Positions 37,979 through 50,837 of a stretch of DNA of 64,000 nt are shown piece after piece. The translations under genes and the position numbers were made by a program. The stretch comes from Camelus dromedarius (Eukaryota). The stretch's first letter is position 1, and every line of letters begins with the position of its first letter. The stretch spans positions 98,024,001-98,088,000 of the forward strand of contig NC_087437.1 of NCBI RefSeq assembly GCF_036321535.1, in the 5' to 3' direction. A model generated the notes under the pieces. It searched no databases. It worked only from the letters and a program-made list of their open reading frames with translations, and was not told the origin of the DNA.

Positions 37979-38984
37979 GGATAAGGAGTTTGCCCAGTCT
38001 AACGCTGCTAGTAATGTCAGAGCTGGCATTAAACCCAGCTCTGTAAGAACCAGCTCTGAGAGTGTGAACCTGAGTTGTGCGAGCAGGGAGTTGTATCAGG
38101 GTGAATAAAGACTGGAAGACAAGTCCGTTTCAGGCCACCTTGAAACTCTAATTTGATAATAGAATCAAAGACACTGGAATCTACTATTGCTGAAATTTCT
38201 GACATCGGGAAACTGGTGTGTTTGTGGATTGGTTTCATTTCCCCTAACATGTGGGGTTCAGACCTAGCTCCAACATATCTGCGTATGCTTGTACATTTAG
38301 AAAAAAATCTGGTCGCACTTTCACCCTTTAAAATTGCAGAATGTCACCACTGACAATGTCATTATAGTAACAGTTATTTGAGAAGACATCTTTTCCCCCA
38401 GCCTTCTGTATCTTCCCTAGAATGAAAGTTAAAGTATAACCAAATAATAGCCCTGCAATTACTACAGAAAAAAAAAAAAAATACCAGCTATGCTAAAATG
38501 AAACTGGGCATTTTACATGCTATTATTATAGAATATATGTGTAGAATATAAAAATAATAATTTGCACTCATCCAACTTCTTTCACTCTGTCTCAAATCCC
38601 TAAGTGTAAATGTTCTCATTAAGTTTACCAAACCAATTTAACTCTAACATGTTCTTGAATCCTCTCTCTAAATCCACAGAGGTTTTCTTGTCACAAATGC
38701 TGAATATTATCATCTGAAATACTGAGCATTCTGCAGATACTTGACCTTCTGCAGATAAAACTCACTTAATAATTTCCTATAAACTAAAATAGACAAAACT
38801 ACCCAAATAAAAGAGAAAAACATTACTATGTGTATATACCTAAGTCGACACATCCACAAACACATACACATAATAACTGAGTTTATGTACAGCTATGTTG
38901 ATATAGGAACAGCTAGAAGAATGAGAAGAAAAGTTTCATCTTGATCTATGGTAACAAAGTCCATTGGTTTCTAAAACCCCATTC

Positions 38985-39570
38985 AGTCAGCAAATGATAC
39001 TCAAATATTTATTGAATGACCATAACCACGGAGGATACAAAGATAAATTACTTATAGAAAATAAACTAATGCCTAACTCATGCCACTGCAGGGTGGAGTA
39101 TGGTAAGCTCCATGCAGACAGGAGCAGTGTGTGTACTGTTTAGCTCTGTGTCCCCAGTGCCTAATACTGTACTGGCACACAGTCACAGTGATGCCTATAT
39201 GTTTGATGCATATACAATGAAAAAATAATGCCCTTAAGTCATCTAGAAGTTCAAATGAAGGGGAGATTATTTCTGTCTGGCATGACCCAGGAAGACTTTC
39301 TAGAGGACAAAGTATTTGACCTGAGCCCTAAGAGATAGGGTAATGATTTTAAAGGAAAGAATAAATACCAGGCAGAGGCCAATACATAAAACGATACAAA
39401 GAGAGGCAGCGCAAGACAGTCGTTAGGGATAGCAAATCATTCAGTTTGGCAGGCCAGCATAGGAAATCTATAAGGAAGAACTAGTAGACAAAGCTGAAAA
39501 GTTAGATGGAGGCCAGACTGCTGAAATTCAGAAACGCCAGGTTGGGGAGTCCACATTTGATTCTCGAAAG
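38985..39570 (-). mobile_element. LINE-2 fragments (includes a plus-strand L2 end at ~39100-39215)
   Basis: caaatatttattgaatgacc start; gtaagctccatgcagacagg...tgtgtccccagtgcctaatactgtactggcacac; purine-rich L2 body. Confidence 0.55.
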
Positions 39571-40229
39571 AGGCTCTGAATGTTTGTGTTTAGATTCTTA
39601 TGTACAAGTTTTGCCACTTGCCAAGTTGTCATCATTCTTGACCCTGATTCTGAAGCTGTCGGGGGGTCTTCAGAAGTAGTTCCTAATTATATTACCAGCT
39701 GCTCTCTAAGAAACTGCCCCAAGAAGGCTGCACAGTGCAGCAGCCCCAAAAGAAAAGATGAAGACTAAGGAAGTGGGAGAGATGTTCCTAAAAATGATTA
39801 ATGTTGGGCAGTTTCATCAGTTCTAAGTCTGCTACTATACACCTGTAATATTTAATGTGGTACTCTGAACACAGATTACTTTAGCGCTAGTCTGCAAAGA
39901 CCTAACTCAATACACAAATCTTAACAGGTGAAAAGGACTCCAAAAGAGGATAAACCTCTTCAGAGATCTCTGAAGTACCATGAATTACAGCCTTTGTCTA
40001 ATGAGAGGCTGATTCTTAGAGCAAAATGGTATAGAGTAGGGTTCCTGGAAAAACAGAGCAGTTCTGTTCGTCCGCTGCAAACCCAAATGATCATGAACTG
40101 TAGAGAAATAAATGCACTTAGGTGATTTGCATAAGGTACTTAAGTCACTTATGATCAAGTTGAGAACAAAATAGATACTCTTGAATGCTAGTATCTTTGT
40201 GTTATTTAATTTTAATTTTCCAATTACCT

Positions 40230-40680
40230 CACAAGTTTAACGTTACTATTTTCATTTTACAATGGAGAAAAGCAAGATTAAAAGGTTTTGATAATTTGCT
40301 CGAGCTAAACAAGTAGCAGAACTTGGATTCAAATCCAAATTTCTCTAACTACTCTAGATCCATGCTCTTTCTCTCATGCCATGTAGCCTTAGAGCCTAGC
40401 TTAGTGTATGGGAAACACTATAATGTATCAGCTAAAATCAGGATCCCTAGCATAAGGCTGTCTAGGTTCTAGATCTTGGCTCTACTTCTCGCTAGATCTG
40501 TAACGTTGTACCTGTTACTTTTTTGCACCTCATTTTTCTCAATTGTAAAACAGAGCGGAATTACTATTAAGATAACACTCCCTTCCTTTAGGGTGTTGTG
40601 AGATTTAAATAATAATACATGTAAAGTGCGTAGAAGAATAGCATGCACAAAGAAAATGCTCATTTAAATTAGCTATTATT
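40230..40680. mobile_element. Two MIR SINEs in opposite orientation
   Basis: ttttcattttacaatggagaaa...gaacttggattcaaatcca (minus) and cctcatttttctcaattgtaaaa...tagggtgttgtgagatttaaataataatacatgtaaagtgc (plus). Confidence 0.65.
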
Positions 40681-41008
40681 TGTCAGTGAAACTTCAAGAC
40701 AACAGCAATAATTTAGACAATTCAATGCACATCTTGACCTGAATCAACATGCACTATCTTCCTTTAATTAAAAAGAAATCCCTGGAAAATCTTATACAGT
40801 AGTTTACCTGAACACAAAGGAACACATGCAATAGTAACATGATAGCAGAAATCACGAGAGCTGCATCGCTTTTTAGAAAGACATCTCTAGCTCTGGTAAC
40901 TTTCCTAAAACTGATAAATTTGACTGATTAGCACATCTGTTACCTGTTTCCTTCTTGCTAGTACAAACATCCAGATAAGACGATACATTTCCGTAGTTAA
41001 GAACTTAC

Positions 41009-41361
41009 CCATGAATGTGGGAGATCTGTATCTGTACAAGACGACTTGAGACGTGTGTGGTGAGAGCAGTGGAAACAGGGGTCCCAGGCTCCAACTTGGT
41101 CAATTTGGAAATCTACATATGCCCACAGCGGGTTTTCTGGAAACTGCTTCCAGCTGTTCCACATATGAACTTCATCTTCGTTGTGAGATAACATTTCTGC
41201 CAAGCTGCATCCAGTTGAAGTACTGGATCTAACCAGTGGTGCAGAAATAGAATCCAATCTAATCTCCCTTTCTTCTGTACTCTTTTGGCTAATATTATTA
41301 GCTTTCTTTTCTTGGGATTTGACTAATTTCATACAGGAAATCAATGTTTCATCTTCATCTT
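41009..41361 (-). CDS. SAMSN1: SAMSN1 upstream alternative coding exon (353 nt, phase 1 to 0): DEDETLISCMKLVKSQ...EIRLDSISAPLVRSS...FPENPLWAYVDFQIDQVGAWD...HTRLKSSCTDTDLPHSW
   Basis: Acceptor ttttctacatcattcag|AA and donor TGG|gtaagt; open for 117 codons. The peptide resembles the alternative N-terminus of the longer human SAMSN1 isoform as recalled (MEIRLD...FPENPLW...HTRLKSSCSDMDLLHSW). The phase-0 donor matches that of canonical exon 1. Confidence 0.88.
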
Positions 41362-42537
41362 CTGAATGATGTAGAAAATAAGTTGAGATAAGTCAGTCTA
41401 ATAATTTTGCATATGTAGAAATTATAAATATTATAATTCTTCTTACATAATAGAAATGAGTGAACATCACAGGATAAACCAGGAGATCGTATACTTTCAC
41501 AAAATAATTTACAACAACATTTCTTTAAAGAGTAAGTTCTTAGTTTATTAAGTGATCTGTTTTGTAAAAACAGATTCACCTAAAAATTTTGGAAGCATAT
41601 GTAATGATAAAGTCAGTTTGACTGAAATGACTGGGAGCCACATGCAAATAGTGTACTGAAAGATATTTAAGAAGAATTACAAATTTAAAAAAAATTCCCC
41701 ACATGTTATAAGAATATGGTGTGTTTCTATTCTTGAATATTTTGAATTTTTTGAGGTCATGTGTATAAGAAAGCATCAGAAGCAAGTCAAATCTTTACCT
41801 TACTTAGCAGGATGAAATCTCAGTAGAGATTTCCTGAAATACTTTTGGTATCCTTAAATTCTCTATTTTAACATCAGTCTGCAAAAAGATTTATGCATGT
41901 AGTGGCTCTCATAGGGAAATATTTTGGAAAGATAAGAATAAGGCTGAGAAAACAAAAGAAAAAGGTTTATCTTCAGTACTATGAAGTTGATTAGTGAGAT
42001 GTATATTTGCATGCAGTGAAGGATCTGATGAAATTTCCAGTAATATATAAAACCATTACAGAAAATAGAAATATATATGACCCACAGTAAATTGTACCAT
42101 ATCACTGAATCCATTTAAGTTCAAATATTTAGCTGATGTAAACAAAGTTTATGATTAACAGGGCATTCTTGTAAGTAAATAAATGAAAATCAAAGTTGCA
42201 TGTCACGACATGCCAATTACCTGCACTCACATCACAACTGAATTACACTGTTTTCTATGGCCACAGGCTGAGAACAGTGGGAAATCTGACCCTCATTCTC
42301 TTGCTGAGCTTCACCCACAGCTTTCTCTTACTCTACCCCTGAGTCTGGTTCTGAGGCAAAGGAGAAACGGGGTAGGGCAGGGATGTAAGGTGAAATTCAG
42401 GAACAGTCTACTGATAGTTGTTTCACAAATTACTTGGCAATGATTATTTTAGGGTCTTATTAAAATGTCCTTCATTAATATATGCTACACCAACTCTTCC
42501 TCAAAACATTTTATCAGCTCATTGAGTTCTTACTTAC

Positions 42538-42664
42538 GGAGATTCGTTAACGTGGGTTTCATCTCATTCAGACTCGGCACCCTGGCTTTCTTGGTCCAGA
42601 CCAGCTTCTGTAGTCTCTTTAATGTCCCCGTGGGTTCCGCTGGGTCACCACCTGGCTTCATGGT
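42538..42664 (-). CDS. SAMSN1: SAMSN1 upstream coding exon (127 nt, phase 0 to 1): TMKPGGDPAEPTGTLKRLQKLVWTKKARVPSLNEMKPTLTNL
   Basis: Acceptor gttgtgtttgtgctag|ACC and donor CTCC|gtaagt. Joins the 41361 exon in frame (C+AA = Gln). LKRLQKLV...EMK resembles SASH1 FKRLHKLV...EEMKK. Confidence 0.8.
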
Positions 42665-43573
42665 CTAGCACAAACACAACTCAGGGTGAGGACAAATTAT
42701 TCTCCACAAAAGGTTAAATATAAAATGTGTCAAGATCATAAATGTAGGAAAATTAACATGACCTTAACTTGCAGCCTGAGACAATTTAAACAGTAACTTG
42801 AAAGCACACTGCTCTTTTGGGGTTCAGTCTTGGAAAATACATTACAGCTGGCCAGGCACACTAAAGCAGAGCATATTTTAACCAAGTTTTTTTCTTTTTA
42901 CTTCAAAATGCAGCAAAGTGGATTGAATCCAGAGCCATCTATAAAGGAGGCACTCCTGCTCACTGTGAAATAGTGGAAAGGAACAAGTCTCCTTGCAGCG
43001 TAACATAGATGAAACAAGAAATTTAAAGTTGCTACTTGCATGTGTTGGAATAGACTGATGGTGTTCAAGAAAAAGTAGAATTCAGATTTTCTTCATTTTC
43101 CTTTTGGAAATTTCTGGTAAAACAGCATTTTATTTCAAGTAAAACATTTTTCCAATAATATACTTTTCCTTGAATAGGCTCTTTCTTTCTTGAAGATACA
43201 CATTGAGAAAAGCAAAACACAGCCACAGCATTCTATATTATGTTTTAGTATATAAGTATATATTGTGGCAAAAAATATCGATAAAAAATTAGCATTACAT
43301 TAATGACTCAAAGTTCTTTTGGAAGATAGAGAATTATTTCCCAGTAGCTTAATGTTGACAAACTTGTATTTATACTGCTTTTACTTGTTATTGTTAAGAT
43401 AGCTTTCTTAAAGAATATTTCAAAATATTTTGGAAATTAACACTTTATGTGTTAAATGTTATGCTAATTGGTAAAATAGTTGTATTCTGTTGTATTAACA
43501 AGATGAGAAGTAATACATAGAGGAATAGTTCTTTTTCATCCAGAAAACTCAGGATTCAGAAGTATTTCTCCAC

Positions 43574-43704
43574 CTGCTTCTGCCTCGTTCTGATAAATGA
43601 CATCTAAGTAGATACTGCAATTTTCAAAAGGTGAATGATTTGCTTCCATATTAATGTTTGAATGAGACGTATTTATAACAGTGTTTTCTGATCTTTGACA
43701 GAGA
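43574..43704 (-). other. Candidate upstream SAMSN1 exon (131 nt, phase 2 to 1): LCQRSENTVINTSHSNINMEANHSPFENCSIYLDVIYQNEAEA
   Basis: Acceptor atttcttggggcttatag| and donor GCAG|gtggag, with an open frame. Its exit phase does not match the 42664 exon. Confidence 0.3.
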
Positions 43705-45034
43705 CTATAAGCCCCAAGAAATGTTTGGAAGAAAAACATAATGCAAACATTTCCAATTATTATATTTAGTTCTTATTCTTTGTCTTTAAGAATGACTTTG
43801 AACAACCAGTATCAACTTGATGTTCTGTCTCCACATAATAGTACCTGAGTAGGAAATGTGACATTTTGTCAGAACAAGCTATACCTGTTTGCATTAAATA
43901 AATGGAAAAATATTGAAATCATTTTAATCTTTCAGAGAGGACTGTGATGAGATTTTCTTAGATATGCAAAATCTTCCTTCTCTTTCCAAAGGTCATGCTC
44001 AGCTCAACACAATTTCTACTGCTATTTATTTTTGTATTATTTTTCCCGGTATTCCTTTTCAGTCCTTTCCGAGTTACTCAGTTACAGGCCTGTTGCAACT
44101 CAGGAAAAGTCATTTTCTAATCTTTAGCCCCTTCCAGAAATAATGAGCTGGCATTGCACAAGCATTGAGCACAATATTTTTTGTTATTGTGCTGCTTTTC
44201 TTATGGCAACCTCTGTCTCTTACAGGCAAAGCTTAATTTCTCCATTGAAACACTGGCATCAGAAATAACCTTCTCTCTCCCCCTTCTTTGTGAAAAAGAC
44301 TTTCATTTGACTTGGGGAAAGGTGTTAGACACCAGGGTAACTGAACTTCTTATTAACAATTTGCCCCTAGGAGGAATGGAAGCGTTTGAGTGCCTAAATT
44401 CAGATGAGTGAGGTCTCGTGGCCCAGAGGTGTAAAAACAAACTGACGCCTCATTATTTTGTTCATACTATGATAGCCTCTTTAAAGCACAGTATTGTTAA
44501 CTTTTGTGTCTTTTTTCACTCACTTACCTTTGAATTATTAGTGAGATCGGTCTGTTGCATTTTACTCATTTTTGAATCCCATATGCCTCAGATAGTGCAT
44601 GACTTAATCAATGTTTGCAGAATGTAAATACACTTTTGATTTCAAACGTATGTTTTATCTACCAAATGGATTATCCATAGTGAATTGTTTATATTAGATT
44701 GACTACTTTCTAATAGCAAAGAACTTCTGAAAAAACCTTTTCTTACTATTAGGTCGTATACACCTGACAGATGAAAGTTAGAGTTAACATTATTATAAGA
44801 GATATAGAATCATTAAGATTATCTATTAAAAAGAAATCTTCTATAATATTTTAAAATAATAATGTTATTTACTACTATCCCCTAATCTGTTACCTGTATA
44901 CTTGTACTGAATTTGATTAAAATTTTTAATAATGTGCCTTTTAATTTCTAGACATTTTCTAAGAAAACTGACCTATATAAATAAAAGAGAAAAAAATAAA
45001 ATAAAGAAAACTGACATGTAAATTAAACTTACCA

Positions 45035-45650
45035 TTTGACCAATCAACAGACTTTTATTGAGCACCTACTGTGTGCCAAGCACTATCCCACATTCTGGGA
45101 ATATGGTGTTGAGCAAGTAAGATGAGCTCCCTGCTTTCATTGTCTACATTCCAGAGAGAAGCGACATACCATAAACATATAAACAAGTACATAAACAAGA
45201 AAATGTGGCATAAGAAGTACTGTACTAAGAATGAACAGGGTGATGGAGTGGGGATGAGAGTGTTACTAATTTACATTTGGTGATCAAGAGGGGCTTCACT
45301 GAGGATACTGAAACTGAAGCTTGAATGACAAGAAAGAACCAGACATGTGAAAATTTGGAGATGGTTTTTGGTCCACTGGATCGTCAGAAAGAACATTTCA
45401 ACTAAGACTTGAATGACAGAGATGAGTCAGCCAGGAAAATAGCAGAAGGAAGGGGATTCAGCCTGTAAAAAGTTCTGAAGCTAGAATTCCTGGAAGAATT
45501 CTTAGTGAATGCCCAGGGAAGAGAAAGAATGGAAGAGTGGCATGAGATTAGGCCAGAGATTTAACTAGGAGTTTTCAAGGAGGCTTTTATAGAGCAGGCT
45601 GAGGAATATGTAGTTTATTCTAATCAGGGGAGTGACAGAACTTGATTTAC
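45035..45650 (-). mobile_element. LINE-2 3' fragment
   Basis: caacagacttttattgagcacctactgtgtgccaagcact...gagctccctgctttcat. Confidence 0.8.
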
Positions 45651-45659
45651 AAGTTTATT

Positions 45660-47225
45660 CATCTTCCCTCCTTACTGAATTTTGATCATCTTCCCTTAAA
45701 GGACTTTTCCCAGTAGCCTTCAAACATGCTCTGATCTCATCTATCTTTAATTCACTATCTTTTATTAACCACTCTTTCTACTCCTTTCCCAGGCATGATT
45801 CTCACAAAATGTTAACTGTGTTTGTTTCTTTTAATTTAATCTTTTAAATTTCTTGTCCTTTCAACCCACCTCATGTACTCATCAATCAATTTTTGTCTCT
45901 ACCTTTCCATTTAAATTGCTTTTGTGGTCCAGTGAACCATCCTCAGACTCCTTTACTACTTGATATTTAGCAATATTGACCATGATGACCTTTAGGAAAC
46001 TCTTTTCTTGGCTTCTGTGACATCATGTTCCTGGTTTTCTTTTCACCTTTTTTGGTTGTTCTTTCTCTCTTACATGCTGATACCTCCTTTTCTCTCAAAT
46101 TAAATGCTTAAATTCCTTTAGAACTAACTCTGAGTTCTCATCTAATATTACCATCATTTTTTTCCTCATCTACACACACACACACACACACACACGTGCA
46201 CGCACACACATGCACACGTGCACACACACGGCTTTTAATACCATTTATATTTAGATGATTCCCAATTTATTTCTCTAGGGCTTTCTTCAGAGATTCAGAC
46301 TCACATATCCAACTACCTACTTAAAACGATGTGTAAACATGATCAGACTGGCTTCTGAACACCACCCCTGCCCCAACACGATTCTCATCTGGTCTTCTTA
46401 AACTCAAGATGAAGAACATCATCTTTATTTACCCTGCTGCACAGTCCACCTTTGCCATTTACCTCTCCTTTGTTTACTTATATTTATTCCTTAACTGAGT
46501 TTGGGCTATTCTCTAAAATGTGTCTTGAATCTGTTTCTTTTTTTATCTATTCCCATTGTTACCACCCTAGTTTAATTTTCTCTCATTGAAACTATTGCCA
46601 TGTCCTGAATTGGTTTTCTTTTAGCTTATGCACTTCTTTAGTTGATTCGTAATATAATGTCCAAGTTCTCTTTGAAAGATGTAAATCTGATGATACTATC
46701 CCACTTAAGTTACTACAGAATTTCACAGTATTCCTTAAATAAAATCCACCATACCTAATTGGATCGATAAGACCCATATCTCTAGGCTCCCCTCTGGCTC
46801 ACAAGATGCAGACCTCTAGTTCCCAACCTCCATAATTCTCCTTCCTCAGATTTTGGTACATGCTGCTCCCTCTGCCTGGAATGCTTATTCTCATTCTCTT
46901 GACCTGATTAATTCCTTCCTACTCACCCCTGGAGCCTCAATCTAAATGTTATTTTCTTTTTCAGAGACATTTTTCCTGACTTCCAAGTTCAAATTAAGTC
47001 TTCATTCCTTTACCTTCTTGGCTTTCACTGCAGTTTCAGATTTATATTTTCATGTCATCATTGGTTAAATGTCTTTCTTTCCAATAGACTCTAAACTGAA
47101 AGAAGGCAGGAACCATACCCTTCTATATAGGTATCTTGCAGTATCTTTAGTACCTTTAACATTGTTAATAGTTAGTACTCCATATGAGTTAGTTGAAATA
47201 ATAATATGAAATATATAAATGAATA
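45660..47225 (+). mobile_element. Long degenerate LINE-2 fragment
   Basis: Pyrimidine-rich L2 motifs cttggcttctgtgacatca, cagactcacatatccaactacctactt, catgctgctccctctgcctggaatgc and tagactctaaact...aaggcaggaacca, ending aaatgaataaa. Confidence 0.75.
46171..46230. repeat. (CA)n plus CG/TG compound alternating purine-pyrimidine tract
   Basis: Directly visible; 60 nt of uninterrupted Y-R alternation. Confidence 0.95.
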
Positions 47226-50200
47226 AAGGGTTGAGGACTTGATCTGGTACTCATCTATTTCTTCAAAATGTAATGATGCGAAAAACAGTATTAAGAATTG
47301 AGAAATGAGAGGAAATTAAAATATTGTAGTTTATTTATTGTTTTTCTCCATCAAAAGTAGTTACAAGTGAATATGAATTAAAAATTTTATACATATACTT
47401 TAGTATGTATGTATCTTTCATATATAAATATTCATATCTTTTAATTCACTTTGCTCACATTCCTTAAATAATGTAAAAATTTTGTTACAAGTGTTGGATT
47501 AAATACACCACATTTTCTGACACTTTGCTTGACTGTTAGGATGATAGAATAATTTTTTGAAAATAGCATCAATGAATTATTGAACTGAATTAGTCCTACA
47601 ATCATATTTTATGAGCTGGGATGGAACTTATTGGACATCTAGTCTACCAGTCTATTTAAAAAATGAGAAAACCCAGAGAAGCTAAGTGGCTTATCCAGGG
47701 AAAGATAATTCATTAACAACAGAGCTAGAATGAGAATCAAGTATTCTGACTTTTAATCCAATGTTCTTTCTCACAAGATTTTCAGGAGCCAGCATAATTA
47801 CTAGTTTTCTAGTATTGGCAGCCGAATTAAGACCAACCAAATTCAGGGTTTTAATTTATAAGTTAAATATAGTTCTCCAATATGGAATATAAGTATCAGG
47901 TAGATACTCAGATTTGTAAGCCTATTCATATGTGTATATATATATCCTTTCTATATATTTTCTTTACGTATATATTTATATTTAATATTATATATATATA
48001 TATGTTCTATTTCATATATATATTTCACTTCGAGGAAATTTAAATCCCTTCCAATTTTATCCCTTCCTTTAAACAGGAGAAACTTAGGCTTATGGAGACT
48101 AAATAAATTCAATTCGTCTAACTATATGAATTGTGTTCTCACAATGTGAATTTGTATAAAAAGCACAAATACCACTCTAGGTGGCTTCTTTCTTCTCCTT
48201 CTTTATATACCCTACAGTTTCTAAGTTTTCTACAATGAAGATATATTAGTTCTATAATTGGGAGAAATTCTGTAATCTAAAAATGTATTTAGAATACCAG
48301 TTTTTTTAATCAAATCTTTTTCTGCCAAAGCTGTATCTCCATTCTCTTTTATATGAAAATGATTACTCTCTATTTATGACCTAAAACATACTCTAACAAG
48401 ATAATTTGTAAGGTCACAATGATCAATTAACATTTAGTAACTCAATGTATAGTAATAAAACCAAGAAGATTATGAGCTAGAATTAATCAGTGCAAATACA
48501 TGAAAATAAACAAGTTTCATTTCAGAGGTTTATTTTACTGCTTTCTTGGAACTACAACTAACTAAAAAAACAATTTGAAAATAATTCATTTACACAAATG
48601 AAATATTGATTGAAGAAATAACTGGTGGAAAAATTGCCATGTTGATGTTAGATATATTTTTATAATTATAATTACAAAATGTATTATTATTTTAGTGATA
48701 GAAGTTGAAATTAAATGAAGATGGATCAGCACTTAAAATAGGGTCGGGCACAATAAAAAAGCCATTGAATGAATAAGCAGTTGAATACATTAATTAATGA
48801 AATAGAATATATTCTCCTAGAAGGCTTATAAGATATTTATTTATTCATTCAACACACATTTACTGGGCACCTAATCTGTGGGAGATGCAAAAGAGAGTAA
48901 GACATTTTGTCTACCTTGTAATGCTCATTGTTTAATGTGAGTGATTAAAAAAACAGTCATGTAAGTTTTTGGGTCTGTCCCCTCCACTGAAAGGTGAGCT
49001 CTTTGGGGTTCCGGAACTATTTTGCACATCTCAATCCTGGTCTCTAACATGCTCAGTCAATATATGGGAACGGAATAGCTGGTCAAAAATACATCTGGAG
49101 AAAAATTTTAATGTGTGTCATATGAGAAATACAAGTAAGATGCGATGGTTAGTCATAGGAGAGAAAGTTTGCATCAGGTAAGGTGTGAAGGGTAATGTAT
49201 TTGCCTGGAAGATTAGCAAGCATTTGAACAGCTAAGCAGTGGAATTTAGCATGCCTAACAAAGCCCTTTATGTAACAGTCTTATCCCGCTGGGTAAATAC
49301 AAATCACCCACTCAAGTTCTAGTGCAGACTTCTGGCTCTTTCTCCTTCCTCTCAAGCAGATTTTGAGGTGCATAATTCTTGGAATTGGAATAATGTGCCA
49401 CCTAGCTCTACTTTCCATGGCACAAGGAAGTTCCAAGTTCATGCCATCTCTCCCCCATTTCTGTATGAGGAGCCAAGACTGCTCTTTGCTCATTGACCCA
49501 TAGGTTGGGGTCAGTCTTTTGACGTGCAGACACTGCCAAGCCAGCTGGAAGCTGCCAGAATTACACAAGTCAGGGATGCAAATGAGGTAGGGTTGGTTTA
49601 AGAGCAAAGGCTACAGAAGCAACATCTTTCTTACTTCCCTGTAATATTATTATGCTTTGCAATTTTGAAGAAGTTTCTGAAACTGTTCATAAGAACATTT
49701 CTTTTTTGGGTACATTCTGTCATGACCAAAACACATGAACAATGAGAAATTTAAGAACCAGTATATAAATTTATTTTTATTAAGCACCTGTTGGATTCCT
49801 AGCACTATAAGGAGTAATGAGTTTAGGAAATGACGTAGAAAAAATACAACCCTTATATCTAGGAGTTATAATTTAACATACACAAGAAATAAATGAAAAA
49901 TATCAGGAAAACCTGGTTTAATAGAATCAGCCTTGGTCTGCAGATAAGTGACTGTTGTGATGCTCTGCATTGTGACCAGCCATGTGGACTTGAACAAGCC
50001 ACTTCCCTTCTCTATGCTTCTATAAAATGAGGAGTGGGTCACAGGAGTTCATCATTGTTCAAGTAAGTTTAGGGTCATTAAATTATATAAGTATCTCCTT
50101 TTGTTACCTTATGTAAACTCTTGGAACTCAGAAGAGTATCAAGGAATAAATGAGAATGAGCTACTATTTATTATAGACTTTTAGCATTTAAAGAAGTCTC

Positions 50201-50837
50201 TGTATTCATCTAGTCCAATATCTAACTTTTAAAAAGTAAAAAAACTAAGACATGGAGTGAATTTAATAGCCTAAGAGCACAGCCAGTGGAAGCTCCAGGT
50301 CTTCTGATCCAGTTCTCTTGATTCTGATTAAGTTATTTTTCAGTCCTCCCAAATGCAGGGCTTTATTTTCATCTGGAAGGTCCTTTTGGTTTTCATTGAA
50401 TTCAGTTGTTTTTTTCCCCGCAGCTCTTTGATATTTAACTAATGATTAAACACTTAAAAGGCATGGGAAACAAACAAGGTAGGGGACAGTAATTTTTCAG
50501 GGAACAGAAGTAACACTTAGGTATCTTTCCATCACCTGTTCCTACCTCGCATAGCTATCAACCCTTAGGCAAAAAGACTATGGTTGAGAAGAAAACTACT
50601 ACCGAAACTTAGATGGTAACATTATCTTTGGGAAAAGAGTGCTGTGAATGGCGGTATCTGGAAAGTATCATATTTATGCCTACATAAAGAAACTTGATTT
50701 GTTGAAAGTGGTTATTTGCCACAGAATCTGCAAATTTATATTATACTCTGGGAAATAATAATCAAATAAAATTGTATAATTTAACTTGCAGTGTTTCCAA
50801 AAGTCAATCTGAAAAAAGAACAGCAAAGAGAACTTAC

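Noticed and set aside
40997..41344. 115-aa single-exon ORF ending ...HSWVSS*
   Set aside because: It starts at TTG inside a spliced exon, and VSS* is read-through of the gtaagt donor. There is no convincing evidence for a terminal exon.
42901..42963. Minus-strand acceptor tttccactatttcacag followed by a 61-nt segment
   Set aside because: Weak donor (GAA|gtaaaa) and no homology support.
44520..44600. Perfect minus-strand donor AAG|gtaagt after a short frame MSKMQQTDLTNNSK (phase 0)
   Set aside because: No good acceptor, a stop just upstream, and the sequence looks like an L2 3' end; probably chance.
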